DNA of 64,000 nucleotides from a virus: IMG/VR virus record IMGVR_UViG_3300034102_002416; one strand, written 5' to 3'. Position numbers and translations under genes: made by a program. Position 1 is the first letter of the stretch. The number at the start of each line of letters is the position of its first letter. This document shows, piece after piece, positions 49,570-59,101 of this stretch. The notes beneath the pieces were generated by a model. The model did not search any database and was not told where the DNA came from. It worked only from the letters and a program-made list of their open reading frames with translations.

Positions 49570-49973
49570 TAGTCGTTTCGTTTAAACCATTTAGCGGATG
49601 CAACTGGATCTACTCGTGCTAACGGTTTCTTTGATACCTTTCCGGCGTCTTGTTGCATCCGTTGATATGCAGCACGTGCTTTCTCAGCAACCGAATCCTG
49701 ATATGGCACATGTTCTTGCCGTTCATTATAAAAATTAAGATTAGGCCGGATCGCGCTCATTTTTAAAGACTTTATCAAAGAATGATTCCCAATGCTTAAG
49801 TAATGGTCTAAAAACTAACCAGGAAAACGTAAGAGCCGGAATCCATATCCATATTTCAAACCAACTTGCTGATGCAGCAATTAGCAGTGTTATGTATCCG
49901 AGTCCAATTGCAATCCACGTGGATAATGAAACTACAAAATCTTTTAAAACTTTAACTACAATATTTTTCATAA

Positions 49974-50333
49974 CTACTTGGTTAATAAATTTATTATTGA
50001 ATAGTTTTTATCAAATTTATTCTTAATCAGATAAATGTATGTTATTCGTTCCGTTTCATCCATTACAATCCAATAAGGATCTCCAGCATCATCTTTTCCT
50101 TTTGGTGTATCCATGTTTAAATCATATGAACCTAGAATTGATTCTAATTTAATTAAAACATTAACAGTTTCATCCTGGAAAAACATTTGATTCTCAAATC
50201 CTTTCCCATTTACTACGTACCAGAATCCTAGTGGCGTTTCTTTGGCATTTTTATCTACTGTTACTACACCAATTTGTGCATTAGCTGATACTGTTGCGAG
50301 AGCTAATGCTATTGTTAACATGATTTTTTTCAT
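49974..50333 (-). CDS. Secreted hypothetical protein
   Basis: Bacteroidota-type signal peptide ending SANA-Q. Confidence 0.55.
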   Translation of the reverse strand: MKKIMLTIALALATVSANAQIGVVTVDKNAKETPLGFWYVVNGKGFENQMFFQDETVNVLIKLESILGSYDLNMDTPKGKDDAGDPYWIVMDETERITYIYLIKNKFDKNYSIINLLTK

Positions 50334-50702
50334 AATTTAATTGTTTTGATATGTTATTTATTTGAATTACAATTTAAAGCAAATTCTTCGATTGATGCTG
50401 CGCCACATACGCACTTTCTAGTATTAGCATCAAACTTACAATTGGGACGACTCATTAATTTAGTTTGAATCCATACATGTTGTTCCGATTCAATCGTATT
50501 AACTCGACCAGCTGGGTACACTGTACGTGCGATACGAAGTTTTGGTTTTTCATCTCTAGGCAATTTGCAAAGCATACCTAACCGACGAAGCAGCAATAAA
50601 GCTGATGTTTGTATGTTTCTTTTACGTTTCATAACTCTTTTATTTACTTAAATAATAAGAAAAATAAATATAACAACCAACCGGAGAGGATTCTTTTCTT
50701 GT

Positions 50703-51047
50703 TTATCCTTTAAGTACTTCTTTGCTTGATTTAAGTGTGCCTGTTAGTTTAGCTTCTAACTTGTCAACTCGATGGTCGACATACTGTTGCACTTGATCGG
50801 TGTGGCGATGTGCTTCATCGATTCGATTATTGAGTCGATCATACTCACTACGTACGCCATTAGCTAACACAGATTCCACCATGTTAATTTCGCGACTTAA
50901 TTCTCGTTCGTCGTCTGTTAAACGTTGTTTTAACTGCATTAAGTCTGTTGACAATTTTACTGCCTTAAGCAAACCTACAACTGAAATGATAGCAATTGTC
51001 ATCACTATAACTGTAAGTGCACCTACGGCCATTGATTCTAATATCAT
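50703..51047 (-). CDS. Membrane-anchored coiled-coil protein
   Basis: N-terminal TM helix plus coiled coil. Confidence 0.5.
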   Translation of the reverse strand: MILESMAVGALTVIVMTIAIISVVGLLKAVKLSTDLMQLKQRLTDDERELSREINMVESVLANGVRSEYDRLNNRIDEAHRHTDQVQQYVDHRVDKLEAKLTGTLKSSKEVLKG

Positions 51048-51048
51048 G

Positions 51049-51381
51049 TTATTCTCCTATGTTAATAGAATCCTCCCCGGTTGGTTGTGTTTCTTTGTTA
51101 GGCCAGTCGCTGAGTTTAAGTCCCCACATAAGACTAGTCCACATCATTTCTTTTTCTGCTTGTTTAGCATATAATTTTAGGTTCTTTTGAAGATATTTCT
51201 TTCCCCAGCGTTTCCATTCGTCATGCTGAGCCTCAGTCATAGTCCATTGTGTGAACCAATCGTCTTTACGATCCTTTACATCATCATAAGTAACAGCATG
51301 TCCTGCAATCTGAAACATTGCATTGATAATATCAATTACTGCATTGTCCCACTTTTCTTGTCGTGTTAATCTCTTTGCCAT
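51049..51381 (-). CDS. Hypothetical Trp-rich protein
   Basis: MAKRLTRQEKWD... ORF in operon. Confidence 0.5.
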   Translation of the reverse strand: MAKRLTRQEKWDNAVIDIINAMFQIAGHAVTYDDVKDRKDDWFTQWTMTEAQHDEWKRWGKKYLQKNLKLYAKQAEKEMMWTSLMWGLKLSDWPNKETQPTGEDSINIGE

Positions 51382-51593
51382 ATTATAAATCAATTTGGTA
51401 TGTTTCTACTACTTTCATCATTCCTAACCAAAATACTACATCATCTGCAGAAGGTAATGGATAGTTTGGTATAAATGTCTCAATAAACTGAGATCGATAT
51501 CTGAAAGGTACCTTAAGCATTACTAAATCGTCTTCTTGCGTTAATGCCCAGATGTTTAAATCTTTTTTGCTAAGTCTTAATCGTCTTTTCATT

Positions 51594-51860
51594 TTATTCT
51601 GATTTAAAGGTTTCTTTGTAGTGTTGTCCTAAGTCTTCTTGTTCCGCTTCAAAGTCTAACAATTTAGGCCTCATTGGTTCTTTATTTGCTACACCATCAT
51701 CATAACCTTGAGCATAGCCATAAAACGTATCAAGTTTTCGTTGACTTTCTTCCATTTCTAAAGCAGTCTCAATTAAAACATGAAGTTTAGCATCACTTAC
51801 AATTTCTGTGATGCTACCTCTTAACCCATCAATTAAATATTCTACTGCTGTTTGTTTCAT
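51594..51860 (-). CDS. MKQTAVE-family small protein
   Basis: MKQTAVEYL..ALEME..FKSE. Confidence 0.55.
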   Translation of the reverse strand: MKQTAVEYLIDGLRGSITEIVSDAKLHVLIETALEMEESQRKLDTFYGYAQGYDDGVANKEPMRPKLLDFEAEQEDLGQHYKETFKSE

Positions 51861-52597
51861 AGCCATGTTATTTTATTTGTTATATTATCCCATTCAAACG
51901 TAAATGGTGCGTGAGCGTATTTGTATCTTTCATCTAATACCGATGCATTGAAGAAATGTGTATGACCATCAAAATGGTAACCATAACTGCCATGTATATG
52001 TCCACACACATGAATCTTTGGTCGTATGGTATCTATTCGATGCCGAAGCATTTCACAACCTACACGAACACTTTGTCCTCCTGGAATATCCAAATGACCA
52101 AATGCTGGTCCATGTGTTACGAGTATGTCGGTATCTTCTGGTATTGCATTCCATCGTGATTGCATCTCTTCACCATTACGAGGTAAATTAAATGCCCAAT
52201 TATGAAATTCAGGTTGCCATGGCGAACCATATAATTTAATAGATGCATCTTCATCGATGTTATATAAGGCCATGCCTTCATCTTGTAGATATTCTATTGT
52301 TTTATAATAACCTTTCAATAAACTACGAGCTTCATCTTCTGAGTCTTGCATCCACCTATCGTGATTACCCGCAATGAGTATTTTAGTATCATAATTATCA
52401 ATTGCATCAAACCACTGAAAAAACATTACTGCTTCCATTGGATTGTAACCCGAAGACATAAAGTCACCTGCATGAATCAGTATATCACCACCGGGTAAAT
52501 CTACGGGCTGATCAGCCTTGCGTAACGATGTTGTCGTTGTCAGCTGGGCATGCTTTGTATGCGTATCCGATATCAATGTTACTCTATGCTTTCCCAT
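51857..52597 (-). CDS. Calcineurin-like metallophosphoesterase
   Basis: ISDTH, HAGD, AGNHD, THGP, CGHIH. Confidence 0.9.
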   Translation of the reverse strand: MGKHRVTLISDTHTKHAQLTTTTSLRKADQPVDLPGGDILIHAGDFMSSGYNPMEAVMFFQWFDAIDNYDTKILIAGNHDRWMQDSEDEARSLLKGYYKTIEYLQDEGMALYNIDEDASIKLYGSPWQPEFHNWAFNLPRNGEEMQSRWNAIPEDTDILVTHGPAFGHLDIPGGQSVRVGCEMLRHRIDTIRPKIHVCGHIHGSYGYHFDGHTHFFNASVLDERYKYAHAPFTFEWDNITNKITWL

Positions 52598-52622
52598 ACC
52601 TTAATATAAGAATAATTCTTTA

Positions 52623-52970
52623 CTAATCCAAATCATCTAGTCCATCCATCAGAGTATTATCCCAATCTGATAAGTCATCTTCATCATCAGGTTCGAATTC
52701 GCCATTCATGTATGCATTGTATAGTTCAAGTGAAGTATAGGTCGTTCCACTACCATCTGCTAGAACCCAACAAGCAAATCCATCTTTGTCATAACTATTT
52801 GCCAAGTTATGCTTTAAAATCCAATCTGCAAATTCAATTGCTGAGGAACGTTTTGCCGAGTATATAGCTGCAGCATTATGCGCTCGTTTCACATCAGCGC
52901 GAGATCGTAACTCATTCCATTCGGTATCACTCATAGCATTAATGAGTATGTCTAAAGTTTCTTTATTCAT
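52623..52970 (-). CDS. Hypothetical protein
   Basis: C-terminal DWDNTLMDGLDD. Confidence 0.5.
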   Translation of the reverse strand: MNKETLDILINAMSDTEWNELRSRADVKRAHNAAAIYSAKRSSAIEFADWILKHNLANSYDKDGFACWVLADGSGTTYTSLELYNAYMNGEFEPDDEDDLSDWDNTLMDGLDDLD

Positions 52971-53110
52971 CTTCCATGTGAGTTTTTATAGCATCAAGTA
53001 ACGTTTGTAAAGGAAAGCGGATTGGACCATATTCTTCATCTGAACAATCAAATTCAACCATATCGTCTTCTAATATTAAATATGATGATCTGCTATAAGC
53101 AGCATTACCT

Positions 53111-53434
53111 TTATATACTACTGTTTGTTTCATCTTCTTCATATAATCCTGAATCTTCATCATCGCGCATCATATCTTCTAGAGCCCGTTGCCATCGTGA
53201 TCGAGAATTTAACATTGCAGTTCCCATTTGTTTTAATTCCTCAATATCCTTTTCTTCGGCATTAACTGCATTATAACATTCGAACTGGGGCGAAGATACT
53301 CCCGGATCTGTCATACACAGTACATGATAGTCAGATAACTTTGCTTGTAGATCTTGTTGTATTTGTTCAAACTGTTCACTATTGCCTACTACTGCATGTA
53401 ATGGAACTCTCCATATGAATATTGGTTTACTCAT
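53111..53434 (-). CDS. Hypothetical protein
   Basis: Start MSKPIFIWRVP. Confidence 0.5.
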   Translation of the reverse strand: MSKPIFIWRVPLHAVVGNSEQFEQIQQDLQAKLSDYHVLCMTDPGVSSPQFECYNAVNAEEKDIEELKQMGTAMLNSRSRWQRALEDMMRDDEDSGLYEEDETNSSI

Positions 53435-53768
53435 TGTCTTTGATTTTAAAAAGTTCATATCTACTATTCTTCGTATCAAAACAAATATAATCTTCTCTTT
53501 GCTCTTGTATACCAGTAATAGACGTAGTTTGCCATGTAAAGAAATCATTGAATGGAGACATTAGCAATGATCGGCCTAAATCTGGGTTGTCATGGCGTGC
53601 TTTAAATTTACCATTCTCATCAAACTCAAGCCACATTACCTCAGCAGATTGTCTAGTTAAACCATCTCTTTCTCTTACTAGTCTCCATTTAGGTGTTTCC
53701 GGTTTTGGTAACATTTCACTTAGATTATCTAGTGTTACTGGAATCTTTGTTTGTTTTAGTTTACTCAT
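53427..53768 (-). CDS. Hypothetical protein
   Basis: FTWQTT..F.TKNS.YEL motif. Confidence 0.55.
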   Translation of the reverse strand: MSKLKQTKIPVTLDNLSEMLPKPETPKWRLVRERDGLTRQSAEVMWLEFDENGKFKARHDNPDLGRSLLMSPFNDFFTWQTTSITGIQEQREDYICFDTKNSRYELFKIKDNE

Positions 53769-53771
53769 CGT

Positions 53772-54290
53772 TTATCTGTTTATTCCTAATTCTTTAAGAG
53801 TCTTAGGTGTGTAATTGACTTGTTCACATGATACACAAATGTATCGACGATCTATTCTTTTAAATATTGGAATGCCAAACAATGTGAAATCGCGTTCGAC
53901 CATTTTCTCGTGAATGTGGCCGTGAATGTTATACTTTACTCGGTAATCCATTTCCATTGGGTGAACCGGACAGTGAGATAAGAATATGCCTTTGTATTGC
54001 ATCATACCGGCTACTGAATCAACGTGTTCAAGCAATTTTCGAGTGTGGCCTAATTTATCGTGGTTTCCGAGCACTACAAACTTGCGACCATTAAGACGAT
54101 CCAATATATCATAGTTGGCCTTTTCCATTGTTACATCCCCTAAAATGTAGGTGATATCACGCTTATGTACGGTATTGTTCCATTGAGACACAATGTATTC
54201 ATCTTGTTCGGCAGCTGAAGCGAATCCTCTGTGCCGTGCCATGTTCTCATGTCCGAAGTGTAAATCTGCTATGAATCGTACCGTACTCAT
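53772..54290 (-). CDS. Calcineurin-like phosphoesterase
   Basis: Start MSTVRFIADLHFGH; LGD, GNHD, SHCP, IHGHIH. Confidence 0.88.
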   Translation of the reverse strand: MSTVRFIADLHFGHENMARHRGFASAAEQDEYIVSQWNNTVHKRDITYILGDVTMEKANYDILDRLNGRKFVVLGNHDKLGHTRKLLEHVDSVAGMMQYKGIFLSHCPVHPMEMDYRVKYNIHGHIHEKMVERDFTLFGIPIFKRIDRRYICVSCEQVNYTPKTLKELGINR

Positions 54291-54403
54291 TTTTTCTATA
54301 ATATAAGAAATAAACATAAAAAACCCAAGCAGTTTCTGTTGATCAGACAGTCTTACTTGGGTGCGATAGTTGGTTATATGAGATAAACTCAACTTCCCAA
54401 TAT

Positions 54404-54545
54404 CAAAAAAAGACCATCTGAGTGAGCAGATCTAACGGTATGCCTGATGGTACATGACCTGCAGAATAGAATCCACAGGGGAGCAAAAGACCTACCCTGG
54501 TACGCTCGATCGGGGACACCCCAGTCCAGAAGCGCGGTAGGTACT
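54404..54545 (-). ncRNA. Multi-hairpin RNA at the 3' end of the tRNA cluster, ending in a terminator
   Basis: ACCUACC/GGUAGGU enclosing GCGCU/AGCGU and GGGG/CCCC; CCUGUGGA/UCUGCAGG; ACCAUC/GAUGGU plus U-tract. Confidence 0.45.
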
Positions 54546-54550
54546 ATTTG

Positions 54551-54632
54551 TAGTCAGGATGAGACTCGAACTCATAATGTGCAACCATTCTGCAGGGTAG
54601 GATACCGTTTTCCTATTACGCACTACCTGACT
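54551..54632 (-). tRNA. Atypical/degenerate tRNA-like RNA (possible GCA anticodon)
   Basis: Acceptor AGTCAGG/CCTGACT and T-arm ATGAG-TTCGAGT-CTCAT; D and anticodon arms non-canonical. Confidence 0.5.
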
Positions 54633-54797
54633 AAATTGGTAGAGATTTGAGCACCAACGCATGATCACCCATACGTCTCGTTTCTTGTGTATTCGGCACT
54701 CTACCGTTGCAAGTTCATCTTACCTTGCGCCCCCATTCGTGGAATTATCCGACATCCCAATGAGTTTTACCGTACTATCGGAGTCAGGTAACCGCTG

Positions 54798-54869
54798 TAG
54801 TCGGTACGGGATTCGAACCCGTGTGACAAGAATGAAAATCTTGTATCCTAACCCCTAGATGAACCGACC
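54798..54869 (-). tRNA. tRNA-Glu(TTC)
   Basis: GGTCGGT/ACCGACT acceptor; CAAGA-TTTTCAT-TCTTG anticodon arm; ACGGG-TTCGAAT-CCCGT T arm. Confidence 0.92.
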
Positions 54870-54946
54870 AATTTGCAGGGTCACGCTATTAACCTGCTAT
54901 GGAGTTACTAGCCACTCTTTGATGGCAATTTCCTTCCATCAGCGTT

Positions 54947-55105
54947 TTATATGCCTGTATACAATAAAAAGTCTCGATATAAACGTTTTTCTTCTTCTGT
55001 AAACATTACATCCTGACAGGCATCTAAACTTCCTTCATGCATCACATTGCCATTTGCTAAATCAATCAATTGATACAATCCGGATTTTGATTCGATTATT
55101 TCCAT
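54947..55105 (-). CDS. Small hypothetical protein (52 aa) leading the tRNA transcript
   Basis: MEIIESKSGLYQLIDLANG...; TTGGA-type promoter at about 55125-55156. Confidence 0.5.
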   Translation of the reverse strand: MEIIESKSGLYQLIDLANGNVMHEGSLDACQDVMFTEEEKRLYRDFLLYTGI

Positions 55106-55157
55106 CTTTTTATTTTTATACTATAAATATAAGAAATAAATCAATTGAATCCAACCT

Positions 55158-57362
55158 TTATCTGATAATTGTTATGTGACCATAATCGTTGTAACGAGCA
55201 TCATTAACTGCATCACCAAATGTTAATTTCCATATGTAGATGCCTTCGGATACATATCGACCATTATAAGTCCCATCCCATCCCGTTAACATGTCACGCG
55301 ATTCCCATATTAATTCTCCCCAACGATTGTATATTTCAAGTTGGAAATCATATGCATCGAATCCTGCAGTAAATACCGGTTTCCATGTTTGGTTGAATTC
55401 GTCGCCATCTGGTGTAAAAGAGTTTGGCATATAGTAAATAGTTTCTGGACAATTGGCAATTGATATGGTTGTTTGTTCTGGTTCTGATACACATCCGTTA
55501 GACACATGCACGGCTGTTAATGTGTAAATTCCTTCTGTTTGCCAGGTGAATAATGGAGCATTTAATAGAATAGTATCGTTTTGAAAATACCATTCGGTGG
55601 ATCCTGGTACTGATGGTACTACCAAATACATGAAGGTTACGGAGTCTCCATCACATATTTGATAAAACTGATCCGATGTTATGTCTAAAATAACAGGTTT
55701 CTCATTCACTTGCACTGTGATGGTATCATCAAACACACAACCACTCTGCGTATATGTATAAACTACAGCATTTGCAGCGGTATCAGCTATACCCGGACAG
55801 AATTCATCGATGTTAACTCCTGGTCCAGAATATACTCCATTGAGTGGTAATGCGGTTAATGGCACACAGTCTGAATCCGTACAGAAAGGTCCAATTTGGT
55901 CAATTTGTGGTTCTATGTTCAATACAAACAAATCAACTGACACTAGTGCACTTTCACAACCATTGGCATCCGTTGCAATAACATTAACTGCATTTGAAAC
56001 CAATCCTGCTGCAGTATTAGTCCAATCCACAACAACGGCTGTCGATCCTTGGCCAAAGGTTATGTTGCCCGAACTATTCCATGTATATGAAAATCCGGTG
56101 CCTAAATCGGCAACAGAATATATTTCAGCATTTGCTTGAAAACATGCGGTATCACTGAATACAATAGGTCCGACAATAATAGGTGGAGGATCTGTTAGTG
56201 TAACATTAGTAGTAACATCACATCCGGCAGCATCTTCAATTTCGACTGTGTACGTACCAGCACATAGGCCTGTGATAGTTGATGTTGTTTGTCCCGTAGT
56301 CCATGTATATGTATATCCTGGAGTTCCATTTAATGGTGTTACTGTGATCTCTCCATTGCAGTCTCCGATACAAACCGGATCCGACACAACTACATCTGGT
56401 GCTGATAAGTTAGGCGGACCTGGTTGTACAAACACAGTATCTGGTCCTAATCCTATAATTGCATTGCAAGAATTCCAACCGGTGTTGCATGCCGGATAAA
56501 CTAGTTGGCAAGTATAATTTGCACCCGCTGCCGGTGGCGTAACAGTGATTGTGGTTCCTTGGCCTATAGGCACGGGATTGCCAACTAGATACCATGTAGG
56601 TACCGGCAATACAGCAGGGCCAGCTGGCGTATATCTCCAAGCATCATTGTTTGCCGTCCACTGTGTTGAATTACGTCCTGGTACTGTTACTGCTGCGGTA
56701 CCTGCTTGATTATGTACTCCCTGCACTGCAGTTCCACCAGCCCATTGTAGACAGTTTGGTTTGCTTTGAATATGATTTTCAATGACATTGGTTGACTCGT
56801 AAATTACAATATGAAATGTTCCTATAGTAGATGTGCACGAAAACATTGGCATATTTATCCAACTCACTACCAGTTTGCGACATGGAGCTGTGCCCTGAAC
56901 TTGATATCTGATCTGTCCTCCGATACCAGGATGCCAATCTTGCCATGGTCCCATAATGCAGTTCCTAGGAACATTTGCAGCTGCACTAGGAATTGGGGTG
57001 GATGTGAACGTAGTAGGCTGTGCTGCAGAGAATGAGATCCATCCATTAGATCCTACCCAAAACTGTGTATATGTTTGTCCATAAAAACAAAATGTGAATC
57101 CTATATTGAATGGTCCTTGTTGAGAATCATCGGACATGGACAATTGAGTGCCCGTGTTGGTCTGTGCGGCATATTGAATATTTGTAACTCCATAATTAGT
57201 TGTAGAGTTAGGATTACTACCGGGTGTGCATTGCGAAAAATCTGCAGTTAATGTGGTTGAAGAAACCCCACATGGTAATAACTGATCAGGACCTAGTGCC
57301 GGACAGTACTGAGTATATGCAGTGCCACATAACAACATCATGTATAGTAATAACCGTTTCAT
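55158..57362 (-). CDS. T9SS type-B sorting-domain (gliding motility-associated CTD) secreted protein with SprB-like repeat
   Basis: Signal peptide; C.GDCNGEITV..GTPGYTYTW..GLCAGTYTV..DAAGC; C-terminal YMPNSFTPDGDEFN..IYNRWGELI..GWDGTYNG..GHITIIR. Confidence 0.9.
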   Translation of the reverse strand: MKRLLLYMMLLCGTAYTQYCPALGPDQLLPCGVSSTTLTADFSQCTPGSNPNSTTNYGVTNIQYAAQTNTGTQLSMSDDSQQGPFNIGFTFCFYGQTYTQFWVGSNGWISFSAAQPTTFTSTPIPSAAANVPRNCIMGPWQDWHPGIGGQIRYQVQGTAPCRKLVVSWINMPMFSCTSTIGTFHIVIYESTNVIENHIQSKPNCLQWAGGTAVQGVHNQAGTAAVTVPGRNSTQWTANNDAWRYTPAGPAVLPVPTWYLVGNPVPIGQGTTITVTPPAAGANYTCQLVYPACNTGWNSCNAIIGLGPDTVFVQPGPPNLSAPDVVVSDPVCIGDCNGEITVTPLNGTPGYTYTWTTGQTTSTITGLCAGTYTVEIEDAAGCDVTTNVTLTDPPPIIVGPIVFSDTACFQANAEIYSVADLGTGFSYTWNSSGNITFGQGSTAVVVDWTNTAAGLVSNAVNVIATDANGCESALVSVDLFVLNIEPQIDQIGPFCTDSDCVPLTALPLNGVYSGPGVNIDEFCPGIADTAANAVVYTYTQSGCVFDDTITVQVNEKPVILDITSDQFYQICDGDSVTFMYLVVPSVPGSTEWYFQNDTILLNAPLFTWQTEGIYTLTAVHVSNGCVSEPEQTTISIANCPETIYYMPNSFTPDGDEFNQTWKPVFTAGFDAYDFQLEIYNRWGELIWESRDMLTGWDGTYNGRYVSEGIYIWKLTFGDAVNDARYNDYGHITIIR

Positions 57363-57364
57363 AG

Positions 57365-57580
57365 TTATTCAATTGGAGGGGTTGGCTTTGGCTCGTATGG
57401 AATCAAAGGAAGTTCTTTTACCCATAGAAATTCAGTAGTCACGCATTGGTCTATTTCTTCAACTGAGATTATCCAATTGTCGTTAATGTCTTGAATAGGA
57501 TTAAAATACGAATCCTCGTCATACATCTGACCTACTAATTCGTCTTTTTGTACTTCTGTTAATAGTGCTACTTGTATCAT
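57365..57580 (-). CDS. Small protein coupled to fibre-like gene
   Basis: FNPIQDINDNWIISVEE; ATGA overlap with upstream gene. Confidence 0.55.
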   Translation of the reverse strand: MIQVALLTEVQKDELVGQMYDEDSYFNPIQDINDNWIISVEEIDQCVTTEFLWVKELPLIPYEPKPTPPIE

Positions 57581-58542
57581 ATGTTACGTCCTAATGTTGT
57601 TTGAAATGCTTGTACTGCTGTGTATAAGTTAGCTGCTTCTGTATCGGTTAATCCGTCACCTATTGAGGCAAAGGCGTATTGTCTATTAGAAAAATTGGAA
57701 GGTGGATTTACACCAATTTTATATGCACCTATAGGTAATGTTAAATCAAATCTAGCTCCATTGGCACCCGTATACGTACTTCCCAATTGTACATTATTTC
57801 TAAATAGCTTTAAACTTGTGCTTGTTTCTCTAGTTGAAACATACATACCAGTACTGTTTGGATTTGCAGTTACTATTCCGTTAAGATGTGCATAATTAAA
57901 AACGTTCCCAAGTGCCGATCTTAACAATAAAGCAGTTCTTGTAGATCCATTTTGTCCCCCCATTTCATATGCTGAATTCGATGCACTATTTGTTCTAGAA
58001 TATATTGATAAATGAAATGAATCATTTGTATTAAACACTGTATTTGGATTTAAGTATGTTTCTGCCCAACCATTAACACCTCCAAATTGTACACCATTTG
58101 TTGAATGTGTAACTCCACCACTAAACAATAGTCTAAACGCTGCGTCAGTATCTAAAGGATTTTTCAAGTTCCATTTATGAGTTGATGCCGTGCCTCCAAC
58201 AAAAGGATAAATGAAATTCATTTTAGTCCATATACCGTAACCCTTCAAGTCAACAACCAATTGATTGACCGCACTCTGTTGTGTAGGGTCTGTTATTGCT
58301 GCTGATGTGATGAATGCCTGAGCGTCTGCATCTACAGAAGAATCGCCACCTGTACTATAAACGCTAGCAAACATTCTAGATGTTAGTTCAGCTTGAAGTA
58401 TTTGTTGTTGTTTTTCTAACAATTGTTTTCGCATTCTTTGTTTACGTGTTTGTTGTACTTGTTGTTCACGTAAGCGTTCTCGTTCGACTTGATTTTTAAT
58501 CAAATCGACTCGGCTAAGATAGTTTTTATAATCATCATTCAT
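57577..58542 (-). CDS. Virion fibre/lectin-like (ConA-type) protein
   Basis: DADAQAFI..AVNQLVVDLK..YPFVGG..FASIGDGLT..FQTTLGR; late box at 58547-58554. Confidence 0.6.
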   Translation of the reverse strand: MNDDYKNYLSRVDLIKNQVERERLREQQVQQTRKQRMRKQLLEKQQQILQAELTSRMFASVYSTGGDSSVDADAQAFITSAAITDPTQQSAVNQLVVDLKGYGIWTKMNFIYPFVGGTASTHKWNLKNPLDTDAAFRLLFSGGVTHSTNGVQFGGVNGWAETYLNPNTVFNTNDSFHLSIYSRTNSASNSAYEMGGQNGSTRTALLLRSALGNVFNYAHLNGIVTANPNSTGMYVSTRETSTSLKLFRNNVQLGSTYTGANGARFDLTLPIGAYKIGVNPPSNFSNRQYAFASIGDGLTDTEAANLYTAVQAFQTTLGRNI

Positions 58543-58557
58543 ATTAATAAATATTAA

Positions 58558-58959
58558 TTATTTAGATTCTACTAGTTTAGCAACTCTCGATCTCGCTTTT
58601 TCTCCTAACGGAATAGGATGTCCTTCTTCATCAATGTGTACAAATTTGATATGAGTCTTGAGTACAACAACCTGATTTCCGGTATATACATTGTGCGCAC
58701 GTGCTTCCATATACAAATTAATCGATGTATTTCCGATTGCCTGTGGATGACCGTATATCTTTAAGAGTTGCCCTTCACGAGCCGGCTTTTCGAAGTTACA
58801 CTTATCAATTGATACTGTTACCATTCGGGGAGTATCACATAGTTGCATTGCATATCCAGCTGCAGATCCGTCAATCCATTTGAGTAAAGACCCGCCAAAG
58901 AGATTGCCATGAAATCCTAAATCAGATTTCTTAATTGGGTGAGTTGATATTAAGTCCAT
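58558..58959 (-). CDS. Acyl-CoA thioesterase (hotdog fold, YciA-like)
   Basis: HGNLFGG.LLKWID, VTVSID..F.KP..G, GNTS, FVHIDEEG.P.P. Confidence 0.88.
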   Translation of the reverse strand: MDLISTHPIKKSDLGFHGNLFGGSLLKWIDGSAAGYAMQLCDTPRMVTVSIDKCNFEKPAREGQLLKIYGHPQAIGNTSINLYMEARAHNVYTGNQVVVLKTHIKFVHIDEEGHPIPLGEKARSRVAKLVESK

Positions 58960-59101
58960 TACTTTGTTCCAATAACTAATTCATACCGTAACCAACCTAT
59001 GCAAAATTCATAGCTACCGTTCAACCATTTAGTATGGGTAATCTTTATGTAAGGCAACGGATATATTTGTCCTATTATTTGGTCTATGCTTATTTTCATA
59101 A

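Noticed and set aside
54875-54945. Hammerhead ribozyme
   Set aside because: CUGAUGG is present, but the CUGANGA/GAAA core arrangement is not satisfied
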